The position numbers and the translations under genes are program-made. Shown here piece after piece: positions 10,684 through 19,435 of a stretch of DNA of 64,000 nucleotides (positions are counted from its first letter, which is position 1; the number at the start of each line of letters is the position of its first letter). Origin of the DNA: an uncultured Myxococcales bacterium. GTDB taxonomy: Bacteria; Myxococcota_A; Polyangia; JAAYKL01. The stretch spans positions 3,077 to 67,076 of the forward strand of contig CAYWLQ010000009.1 in the NCBI GenBank assembly GCA_964458775.1. Reading direction: 5' to 3'. The notes beneath the pieces were generated by a model, which saw only the letters and a program-made list of their open reading frames with translations, did no database searches and was not told the origin of the DNA.

Positions 10684-12039
10684 CTACGGTTCCATATATC
10701 TCTTTCGCGCTGCAATATTTATATATACTATAAATTCCTCAAATGCTCTTACTCGAAGATTCTCCGACCACAATTCTGCCCACCTTGCGTTGCTTGTAAT
10801 ACCAAAATTCAATCTTATATCCGAATTAAACCCTGATTCCGATGAAAGCAAATAGCTTGCTCCCAGATTTAAATATGCCGTTGTGGGATAATCTGTTGGA
10901 ATAATGTCTGCCTCTGGGTTTCTATTGGCAAATGAAGTTGTGAACAAAGATGAAATAGTCCCCGAAGCAAGAATCGACCATTCTGACGTTAAATCCAAAT
11001 CTATTCCAATAGAGAACAGTAACCTTTGTCTACTTGATGCTGTCATTTGATCCAAGTAAGAATTGTAAGTTCCGGACATGTTCAAGTTTAAAATTTTTCG
11101 TTTCTTTAAATTAAATCGTTGGCTGTATGCGATTGTTCCCAAGGGCGATACCTGTGATGACGATAAGCTATCATCTAAGCCGGTCTCTCTTTCATAATCG
11201 TTGTCACCAATTACATACAACGCAAGCAAACCGGCCGAAATGCTAAGCATTAAATTTTCTGTGAAGGCGTGGCGCCAACCTGTTGTGCCTTGAATGGTTA
11301 AAAGATTCATTCCGGGAACAAACATGTTGATGCCGATAATGGCGGCGGCATTCAATTCATCACGCCTTGTGATCGCATGATTGTGGTTTAAACTCAAAGT
11401 AGTTTGATATCGATCCGCTAAGCGAACTTCTTCGCTTTCGCTGTAACCATATGTTCGATATGTGTTAAAAGATAAAGAGATCCCGCTGCCTGCACGACGA
11501 CTCCATCGCTTGTTCAACCCTAAAGACGATGTAATGTTGTAAAAAAAAAGCTCTTGTGCGGGCAGTAAATTGGCTGGAACTTCATTATCAGACACAGAGC
11601 TGTAAAGGGCAGTACTATAATCTAAAAATCCGTTTCTTATTCCTGCTTCTGCTGAAAGAGTCAAGGTACGGGACAGACCGGTAGATAATTGCAATCCTCC
11701 TTGTTGATACAAATTGAGTCTAAATCTGTCTTGCACCATTACATTATTGGATAGTGTGAGAAAGTAGGTTGTTACAAATCGAATTCTTCTAGAAGATATA
11801 GTAAGAACAATTCCGGGTGCTACGTTAGCCTGTGAGGAAACAATACCGGTCTGCCCTTCTTGTGAGCTTATCTCTTCTTCACCTGATGTGTATATATTTG
11901 CAAATAAACCTGTACGACTTCCAACTGTTATACTGGTTTCTAAATCAACATCTGTACTGCTGAATACATGTGTTGAAGAACAGATATTCATTAAAATTAC
12001 GATTGCAAAATGCAACCGAACATGCAAACGAAAATTCAT
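10684..12039 (-). CDS. outer-membrane beta-barrel protein, candidate Wzp-like polysaccharide export porin
   Basis: Signal peptide, then alternating hydrophobic/polar beta-strand pattern rich in S/T/G/N/Y over 451 aa. The gene overlaps the upstream short OPX gene by 4 nt (ATGA). Confidence 0.45.
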   Translation of the reverse strand: MNFRLHVRLHFAIVILMNICSSTHVFSSTDVDLETSITVGSRTGLFANIYTSGEEEISSQEGQTGIVSSQANVAPGIVLTISSRRIRFVTTYFLTLSNNVMVQDRFRLNLYQQGGLQLSTGLSRTLTLSAEAGIRNGFLDYSTALYSSVSDNEVPANLLPAQELFFYNITSSLGLNKRWSRRAGSGISLSFNTYRTYGYSESEEVRLADRYQTTLSLNHNHAITRRDELNAAAIIGINMFVPGMNLLTIQGTTGWRHAFTENLMLSISAGLLALYVIGDNDYERETGLDDSLSSSQVSPLGTIAYSQRFNLKKRKILNLNMSGTYNSYLDQMTASSRQRLLFSIGIDLDLTSEWSILASGTISSLFTTSFANRNPEADIIPTDYPTTAYLNLGASYLLSSESGFNSDIRLNFGITSNARWAELWSENLRVRAFEEFIVYINIAARKRYMEP

Positions 12040-12635
12040 TCTACAACGATGACATCACCGGCTTTGAGCCTAAAATTAATTCCATATCTCGAACTCGTGG
12101 TGAGACTGTTGTAATTGAAACGTATTCTATCCGGCAACTCCTTGGATCTCAAAACATATATACTTTTTTTATTCGCAAACTCTGTTAATCCGCCTGCCTG
12201 CGCCAGTATATCAAGAATTGTATCATTTGTTCTGAGTTCAATTCTTCCCGGAGATGCAATCTCTCCTAAAACGGTTACATATTCTGGAGATACTTGTCGA
12301 GATATTACTACCACTCTAACATCGTGAACTATTCCCCCTTGCTCAAGTTTATTCTTTATTAAATCTGCTGTTTCTAAAGGCGTAGTTCCTACTACCGACA
12401 ACTCTCCTACAAGGGGTAAGCTGATTACACCATCCATGCGTACTCGGTATATTCCTGAAATCTGTGATTGATCCCAAACCACAACCTCAACTTCATCGCC
12501 ATACTGTATTCGGTATTCTTGAATTTTTAACTCTTCAGCCGCCGGTAGGTGCTCTACCCAGACAAACGGAGAACCGCATGATAGTTGTAGTAATGATGTT
12601 ACAAAAAGACTTAAACAATTAAAAAACAAACGCAT
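12036..12635 (-). CDS. wza: short (class-3-like) Wza/OPX polysaccharide export protein
   Basis: Signal peptide followed by Poly_export (PES) and SLBB motifs ('YRIQYGDEVEVVVW', 'DGVISLPLVGELSVVGTT', 'LDILAQAGG', 'AGDVIVV'). Only 199 aa, so the C-terminal outer-membrane-spanning helix of full-length Wza is absent. Confidence 0.8.
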   Translation of the reverse strand: MRLFFNCLSLFVTSLLQLSCGSPFVWVEHLPAAEELKIQEYRIQYGDEVEVVVWDQSQISGIYRVRMDGVISLPLVGELSVVGTTPLETADLIKNKLEQGGIVHDVRVVVISRQVSPEYVTVLGEIASPGRIELRTNDTILDILAQAGGLTEFANKKSIYVLRSKELPDRIRFNYNSLTTSSRYGINFRLKAGDVIVVE

Positions 12636-12660
12636 ATCTCACCTATTATATTTTTTTCTT

Positions 12661-14124
12661 TCATATTCTATCTGATTCGTCTAACTCACCCAATACCGGG
12701 ATGCCGAGCACGCGTGATACCTGCCATGTCTCCAAAATAAGTCCGGTTTTTAAATCTGCAAAAACCGATAAAAAAGCACCGAGAAACAATCCTGCGACGA
12801 TTGCACCGATTATAATTAACTTTGTTTTTGGACCGCTTGGTCCAGTAGGCATGCGTGGAGGCTGAGTAACTTGAAATCGATATTTGAGAGCGCTTTTCGC
12901 GGCTTCGTATTGGATATTTGCGTTTAGCAGCGCTTCCTCTGCGGTATTTCTGGCAATTTTTGCTCTTGTATACTCTTCTAATTTCTCTTCATCCTCAATA
13001 GAGAGTTTTTGTTCCCTGGAAACAGCAGAAACTGCGCTTGGCCTTCCTCTGCGTATCGTGGGCATCGTAGTAGACGATGCGGCAGCAGCCAGCTCTTTTG
13101 CTTTGGTAATACGGGCCAAAATAGTTTCTTGCTCAGATCTAATCTTTTCAATTGAAGGCGGAGGAGAAGAGAGGAGCTTGACAAGTTGTTCTGCCTTAAT
13201 AACCTCAGGATGTTGCGGTCCCATGGTCAACTGTAGTTCAGCCAATCTACTTTTTGCTTCGTTTACTCTCTGCAAATATGTCTGTTGAAGCAACTCCGTC
13301 TCCCGCCTTTTAAGATTGAGCTCTCGTTCAAGGTCCTCGATATCCTCACCGATTTGAACAGCGGCGGAAGTCGGCTCCGGTTCAATTTTGGGGGATAATA
13401 CCTTTGGGGGTTTCCTATCGGTCTCATCGGATGCAGCAATAGGGATCTTATCCTTGTTATATATTTCACGATAACGTTGTTCTGCATCACTGAGAATTTC
13501 GTCTGCTCTAGCGAGTCGCATTTTGGCCGTTTCAATATTTACCAAATAACCTGTGTCTTCTTGGTTAAGTTGGTCTTCTAAATAATTATTTACGAGTTTT
13601 TCAGCAATAAGAAATGCCATCTTTGCATCTCTCCAAATTACATTAAAAGTAACCACATTACCTTCGGACCAAACGCTAAAATTTTCATAGAAATAATCAG
13701 TTACACCGTCCAGTAATTGTTCTTCTGTGGGAGAGTTGTCTGAAATAAAAGAAAAAATATAAGCTCTAATTTTCCCCAAAGGCGATCTGTTTTTTTGTGC
13801 ACTGTCGACAAGATTTAGATCTTTTACAATAGATTTTATGTTTCCTCTGGATCTGATTAATTCAATAGACGAATTGCGTTCTTCATAAGGCCGGATGTCT
13901 ATTAACTTTCCTGATGGGTGGGTTAAAATACTCGCACTCACACGATATGTTATCGGAAGCACCTGAATCAGCGCGATACTCAAACCGACAACAAAAAACA
14001 GAACCGCTCCAATCATAATTCGATGACGCATTATAGAGCGCCATACGAATCCTATCAAATACCAAGCGTCGCTCAATAAATGCGCCAATTCATTTTCGGT
14101 TTCAACGTTTTTGTTATCTTCCAT
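12661..14124 (-). CDS. polysaccharide co-polymerase (Wzz/PCP family) without a fused kinase domain
   Basis: N-terminal TM, a long coiled-coil periplasmic region, and a C-terminal TM 'KLIIIGAIVAGLFLGAFLSVFADL'. No Walker motifs. Confidence 0.65.
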   Translation of the reverse strand: MEDNKNVETENELAHLLSDAWYLIGFVWRSIMRHRIMIGAVLFFVVGLSIALIQVLPITYRVSASILTHPSGKLIDIRPYEERNSSIELIRSRGNIKSIVKDLNLVDSAQKNRSPLGKIRAYIFSFISDNSPTEEQLLDGVTDYFYENFSVWSEGNVVTFNVIWRDAKMAFLIAEKLVNNYLEDQLNQEDTGYLVNIETAKMRLARADEILSDAEQRYREIYNKDKIPIAASDETDRKPPKVLSPKIEPEPTSAAVQIGEDIEDLERELNLKRRETELLQQTYLQRVNEAKSRLAELQLTMGPQHPEVIKAEQLVKLLSSPPPSIEKIRSEQETILARITKAKELAAAASSTTMPTIRRGRPSAVSAVSREQKLSIEDEEKLEEYTRAKIARNTAEEALLNANIQYEAAKSALKYRFQVTQPPRMPTGPSGPKTKLIIIGAIVAGLFLGAFLSVFADLKTGLILETWQVSRVLGIPVLGELDESDRI

Positions 14125-14304
14125 ATTTTCTTTTCTATTCGTATTGATATCACTACCTACATCAATATCAATTAAATTTGTTACATTTGCTTACACTATT
14201 ATAGTTCTTAATATCAATTTTATTAGTCCATGATGAATACGCTATATAACATCTTTTTTTTCCTGTGAGGAAAAATGCAGATTAAAAGATCTAAGAAAAG
14301 TACG

Positions 14305-16785
14305 TCAGTCTTTTAGCCGCATACCAAGTAGGTAGCCGTATAGAGCGGTCTTGCCGCGCATGGTCTGTTGGGGAGTGAACTCCGAGTGTGCATATACATA
14401 TCTGGTATTGAAAAACATCTCGGCTCGCGGCCAGTTACCCGGTGCTTCGGGATAGCATTTCTCTGTCATCCAGCTGGGTTTACCCATTATACTATTGGGC
14501 GTCCAGTCATTAAGGCCCATATAGGGAGTATGCCCCGGATGCATTCCCGGGGTACCGTCATTTCGGCCGGAGGTATAGGCTGCTTCAATGCTGCGCTTGT
14601 TCGCCAGGGGAGTGGTTGCGGTGGTCATCTGGATGAGGTTGGCCGGATTGCGCCCCATGCTCCAGTCGGCCTCCAGCACCAGTGCCCTTTCGAAGAAGGC
14701 TTTGTCCGCCGGATCCGTTGCAACCGCGTGGGCCAGGATCGTTCGATGAACAAACTGGATGGTGTGAAAGTAGCCTGTCAGGTTATCTGTAGACCGTCTT
14801 GAAGGTCGCGTTTTTGAGTAGCCGGCTTCCTTTTCCTTTGCCTGGCGGATGACTGAGTTTCGCATATCGGCATGAAGCTGTTTATGGTGAACTTCCCGTT
14901 CAGTGGTCAGATAGGCGGCCATGGCATAGAGCTGGTTGCGTTTGAGGTGTTGAGTAAATTCCGAAGTGCCGTCTGTGACGAGGCTCTCTTCTTTTATAAT
15001 ATCTTCATAAGCGGTATCGCCGGTTAGATTATAGAGAAAAGCCGCAGCGGTCATACGAAAATCTCGGCCATAGAAGCCGGATTCTCCCACTCCCTGAAGG
15101 GTATCCGGCATTTGTTCAGGCAGGTTTGATGCGTAGTTCCAAGCTTCCAGAGCCGCATTGAGATAGGTGTCGGATAAATCCTTATTTCCAAAAATTCTAA
15201 ATGCCTCAGACAGCATGGCGGCGTTTGTCGCATTTGCCCACGCCGCAATCGCCGTGTTGTCGGCCTGATACAATATATTGGTTTTCCTGTCCGGATTTGA
15301 CAAACCGTGGCTGTAGCCTCCTTCAAATCGCATAGATAACCAAAAATCGACTTCATTGCGTGCTTCATCGATAATATCCGGGATACCGTTGCCGCTCTCT
15401 GCTATACCCAGCTCGTCCGAGGAGATGGCGCCGCGGGTGAGAATGTACGGCAGGAGCATATCGTAGATGATAGAAACATGTCCAATGTGGCGGTCCCAGT
15501 CCAGTGCGTCGCTGTGGCCTCCCTTTGCGTTAGGATTTTCAGGGCTGCCCTCCTTGATGTACTTGGCAAAGAAATCCGGTTGATCCCATCGATCACCTCC
15601 GCCCTCCCATTCCGGCCTATACGGATGCATGTCAGTAATTAACACCTTGCAGTTCTTGGGATCTTTTCCGGGAATCCATAGGGGACGGCGAGGTACGGGA
15701 GTCATGTCCATGTTGTCCTGACCGATTCGCATGTAGAAGAATCCAAGTACAGAGACCCTAAAAGGCTCAAACACCGCACGCTCGCCTATGACGAAGTTTT
15801 GACTCGCGCCTACCCCTTCAACGACCAATCGGTATACTCCAGGTGCATGATTTCCGTCGAAATCAACATTCCATACATCAGATTGAATTAAATGATATCC
15901 TTGGACCTCGGCACTGTTCTTTTTCCAGAAAGAGACTTTTCCTACTTCATTGGATTCTTTGGTTTCTATATTATACAAGTACACCTTGTTACCTTCGAAA
16001 GACGCATAGTCACGAGCGCCGCCGTCCCCCATCCACATATAAAGATCCGCCGCCTTCACTGCAGACTTAGGATGATACCCCGAAAGGTTTACATGAATCG
16101 CTTCGGAGCGATTATTAAAAATATCAAAGGTAAAGCTATACTTCTCCACATCCGTGTTGGTCGCGGGATCTATAATCAATGTATATGTTTTGCCTTGGAC
16201 CATGGGGCGGGGCAGCTTGAGAAATATATGGTGTTCCATGGTGTGCTCAAATCGATAGTCGTTCCACCTCCATTCCCCTATTGCCATTCCATTCAGCTTT
16301 GACTTTCGATAGCTTGCCGTAGGATGAATTCCTTTATCGCTGTAGTGTTCGTCGTCCGTAGAGGTAACTGTCCAGGACGAAAGGGACCCGGTCGCCGAAG
16401 TGTTTAGCGGCTTGTCATAGCGTACTGTATAGTTATCTATTTGGTCATTGCAGTTTTCATAGGGGCAAGAGTTGTGACCGTTATCTCTGAAGAAAACATC
16501 CCCGTCCCGAAAACGCACCATCAAGTAGTCTTGATCGAGTACCTTTACACCCCTAAACTTCTTTTTTTCAAAGCCCTCTTCATCCGGATCGCGAGATGTA
16601 TCCCATAACGGGTCAGTATCCTTTCCTGAGGTACCGGTCGTTGTGGTTTTCTGTTGTTCATTGATGTGTTCTTCAGAAGAAGACGAGCTTTTCGTGTTGC
16701 ATGCCTTGCTAGCGCAGGCGGCAATCAAGACAGTAAGGCTCAAATAAATCGCTACAGCTCCGAATCGAAAAATTACATTATTCAT
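14305..16785 (-). CDS. secreted lipoprotein, glycoside hydrolase family 9-like (Ig-like N-domain plus (alpha/alpha)6 catalytic domain)
   Basis: Lipobox 'LIAAC'. 'AKGGHSDALDWDRH' resembles the GH9 'GGWYDAGD' motif, with an Ig-like domain upstream of it. The start was taken at MNNVIF (16785), which has an AGGGA RBS. Confidence 0.5.
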   Translation of the reverse strand: MNNVIFRFGAVAIYLSLTVLIAACASKACNTKSSSSSEEHINEQQKTTTTGTSGKDTDPLWDTSRDPDEEGFEKKKFRGVKVLDQDYLMVRFRDGDVFFRDNGHNSCPYENCNDQIDNYTVRYDKPLNTSATGSLSSWTVTSTDDEHYSDKGIHPTASYRKSKLNGMAIGEWRWNDYRFEHTMEHHIFLKLPRPMVQGKTYTLIIDPATNTDVEKYSFTFDIFNNRSEAIHVNLSGYHPKSAVKAADLYMWMGDGGARDYASFEGNKVYLYNIETKESNEVGKVSFWKKNSAEVQGYHLIQSDVWNVDFDGNHAPGVYRLVVEGVGASQNFVIGERAVFEPFRVSVLGFFYMRIGQDNMDMTPVPRRPLWIPGKDPKNCKVLITDMHPYRPEWEGGGDRWDQPDFFAKYIKEGSPENPNAKGGHSDALDWDRHIGHVSIIYDMLLPYILTRGAISSDELGIAESGNGIPDIIDEARNEVDFWLSMRFEGGYSHGLSNPDRKTNILYQADNTAIAAWANATNAAMLSEAFRIFGNKDLSDTYLNAALEAWNYASNLPEQMPDTLQGVGESGFYGRDFRMTAAAFLYNLTGDTAYEDIIKEESLVTDGTSEFTQHLKRNQLYAMAAYLTTEREVHHKQLHADMRNSVIRQAKEKEAGYSKTRPSRRSTDNLTGYFHTIQFVHRTILAHAVATDPADKAFFERALVLEADWSMGRNPANLIQMTTATTPLANKRSIEAAYTSGRNDGTPGMHPGHTPYMGLNDWTPNSIMGKPSWMTEKCYPEAPGNWPRAEMFFNTRYVYAHSEFTPQQTMRGKTALYGYLLGMRLKD

Positions 16786-17051
16786 GTTGTTTCCCTTCCG
16801 CACAGAACCTATTTTTGAATATCTATCAATCCAACAATACAAAACAAACGTTTTCGTAACAATTGCCTTTTGTGAAATGGCACGACTTTGGAAGGAGTCC
16901 CATTCCCGATACTGTTATATCTGTCTAGAAACCGAAAGAAACACCGCAAATCGAAACCCAAACTCTGCCTTAATTGCAAATATACGCGTCATTTTCAATT
17001 GGTTTTTCAGTTGCTAAATTCGAAAGAAGGCTGCCATGGTTATCAGAATGC

Positions 17052-17675
17052 CTACAAAGAGTCTTTAGATTTAGGCTTGAAGACAATACTTCCCAAAACT
17101 TGTTCTTGACCGATAATTTCAACTGTTCTGCGAACATCTTTGAAAGTTGTCCTTCCTAACCTAACGCAAAGTATTACAGCATCCACTTTCCGGCAGAGTG
17201 ATATGGGAGATGTGTTGTTTATCACAGAATTCACAGCGAAAACAAAACGCATATTTTGATTTTGATTTTCATTTTCTGAATATTTATCAAGCATCCACTC
17301 TGCTGTTATAAGTTGCTTTTCCGTCGTCACACCCAGAGTGGGAAGGTCCACGAATTTGTAGGGAAATTTGCTGTCTTCTTGCCCATGAACGCTTAAGTCG
17401 TGTTCGGTAACCTGGTTGTCAGCCCTATTGGAAGCATTCACTACCCAAATCAAATCGTGGGGTTCTCTAACGGCCATCAAACCAATTCCATGTGCAAATT
17501 CCAGAACGTCGATATCGTCGGTTACCGGAACCAGTGCAAGCGAAGCCCATTTCTTTCTCCGTACCATCTCGTACCAGATGTGCTGCACAGCCAAGGGAGG
17601 AAGTGCAGCATCAAGGTAGAGCTTTTTTTCGCTGTGCCTATTTTTTTTAGGGTATCTAGTAATTATATCGGTCAT
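17052..17675 (-). CDS. BY-kinase/ParA-fold-like protein lacking a Walker A P-loop (degenerate)
   Basis: The C-terminal 'VDAVILCVRLGRTTFKDVRRTVEIIGQEQVLGSIVFKP' matches the BY-kinase C-terminal consensus. The expected P-loop position reads 'KKWASLALVPV' instead of GxxGxGKS/T. Confidence 0.35.
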   Translation of the reverse strand: MTDIITRYPKKNRHSEKKLYLDAALPPLAVQHIWYEMVRRKKWASLALVPVTDDIDVLEFAHGIGLMAVREPHDLIWVVNASNRADNQVTEHDLSVHGQEDSKFPYKFVDLPTLGVTTEKQLITAEWMLDKYSENENQNQNMRFVFAVNSVINNTSPISLCRKVDAVILCVRLGRTTFKDVRRTVEIIGQEQVLGSIVFKPKSKDSL

Positions 17676-17905
17676 GTTTGTTATATTACAAATTGTAAGT
17701 CACAATGATATTAAGCGATAATCTTTTTAAGTAAAACAGAAATCATACTGATATAAGTAATCTGTATGTCATTGTGATAAGCAGGCACTAACCTCTTCAA
17801 CTATTAGAACATCTATTCTATTCTGTCGAATACTCAAAGCCGCAAACACTACATGTTCTAAGTTCAGCGAGTTCACTGTGTCACACATGAAAGAAACATA
17901 ATGTT

Positions 17906-19345
17906 TTAGTAGGCGTTCTGTCGTGTCTTGCGCCCGAAAACTGTCAGAAAAATAATTTTTAGGTCGAGCAGCGGGGTCCACTCCCGGATGTAGCGGAGGT
18001 CGTATTCCACGCGTTTTTGCATTTTCTCATCAGTATCGGTTTCACCCCGGTAGCCGTTCACTTGGGCCAAGCCGGTAATGCCCGGTTTTACTTTATGCCT
18101 TACCATGTAGTGATCTATAAGACCGCGATATTGCTCGTTGTGGGCGACCGCATGGGGCCTTGGGCCGACGATGGACATTTTTCCGGTAATCACATGCAGA
18201 AATTGGGGTAACTCGTCCATCGAAGTTTTTCTCAAAAAGGCACCGATCCGTGTTATCCGCGGGTCGTCTTTTGTTGCTTGACGGACATCCGTACCGTTTT
18301 CCATGACGCTCATTGATCGAAACTTCAACACATCAATTGGTTCACCGTTGAGACCGTAGCGAGTTTGTTTGAAAAAAACCGGACCCTTACTGGTCAACTT
18401 AATGGCAAGTGCAATAGCAATCATGGGAATTGCGGTAATGGCTAACAAAACTATACCAAGCAATACATCTTCAATCTGCTTTACCGCACCCATCATACCG
18501 TTGTATGGCGATTCTACGATTCCTAGCACGGACACATCGCCAAGTTGACTCCAACGCGGGGCGGTTCTTCTGGAAAGCAGGTTGAACCCGCTGAAATCGT
18601 GCGCGATGTAAATGGATGCGGTGGTGCGTCCCAATTGCCTTGTCAGTTCGGCAATGCGAGATTCGGCCCTCATGGGTAAGGCGATGTAGACACGATCAAT
18701 ATCTCCATTTTGGGCGCTTTCGACCAGCTCTTGGTAGTTACCTAAGAAGGGGCCGAGGGCTTCGCTGCCATCCGGTCGTCGTTTCACATTACGGTCTTCG
18801 TAATGTCCTACAATATCAATTCCGAGCCAGGGTTTCAGGGTAATACTTTTAGCAAGTTGCGCGCTCATGTTGGTTACGCCGGCAATGACTGCTTTTTTTG
18901 TATTATGACCGCCGGCTCTCACGGTTCTGAGCGCAACAGCTACTAATACGTGGCAGATCGAAACAAACAAGGGAGCCATAATGAACCAGGTTGTTGTAAT
19001 AATGCGAGAATAACTGTCAGTTACTTTGGCCATAAAGCCAATCATCAACAGTCCGGCGATAGCGATAGCCCAGGCAGACCAAATTCGACCGATGTGCCCC
19101 GAAAGATTATCATCCCGATAGGAGCTGTATACTCCGCTTATCTCGGCGAACAAGCCAAAAAGCAATGCTCCCAAAATGCCTGAAACGAGATAAAAACTCA
19201 TCCACGGCTGCCCGAAAATCAAACAGGTTGCATATAGCACCAGCACAATTGTCAAGCCATCCGTAATACGGGCAAGCCACCGCATAATTGTAATATTTTC
19301 AAATATTTTTTGAATTAAGCTAATTTTCAACATACACAATAACAA
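17906..19345 (-). CDS. polyprenyl-phosphate hexose-1-phosphate transferase (WbaP/EpsB-type priming glycosyltransferase)
   Basis: N-terminal TM block, and a C-terminal bacterial sugar transferase domain ('KGPVFFKQTRYGLNGEPIDVLKFRSM', 'DELPQF', 'MSIVGPRPH'). Confidence 0.85.
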   Translation of the reverse strand: MLLCMLKISLIQKIFENITIMRWLARITDGLTIVLVLYATCLIFGQPWMSFYLVSGILGALLFGLFAEISGVYSSYRDDNLSGHIGRIWSAWAIAIAGLLMIGFMAKVTDSYSRIITTTWFIMAPLFVSICHVLVAVALRTVRAGGHNTKKAVIAGVTNMSAQLAKSITLKPWLGIDIVGHYEDRNVKRRPDGSEALGPFLGNYQELVESAQNGDIDRVYIALPMRAESRIAELTRQLGRTTASIYIAHDFSGFNLLSRRTAPRWSQLGDVSVLGIVESPYNGMMGAVKQIEDVLLGIVLLAITAIPMIAIALAIKLTSKGPVFFKQTRYGLNGEPIDVLKFRSMSVMENGTDVRQATKDDPRITRIGAFLRKTSMDELPQFLHVITGKMSIVGPRPHAVAHNEQYRGLIDHYMVRHKVKPGITGLAQVNGYRGETDTDEKMQKRVEYDLRYIREWTPLLDLKIIFLTVFGRKTRQNAY

Positions 19346-19435
19346 ATAAGATTGCCCCCTTTAAGATATATTTTCGGCAACTAAATAACCGACTAATTTT
19401 TCTTTGTCAAACAACAATTTTGCAAATATCAATCA

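Noticed and set aside
16878-16892. sigma-54-like -24/-12 motif TGGCACGACTTTGGA
   Set aside because: It is oriented on the plus strand, pointing antisense into minus-strand genes. The -12 element is TTGG rather than TTGC. This is probably a chance match.
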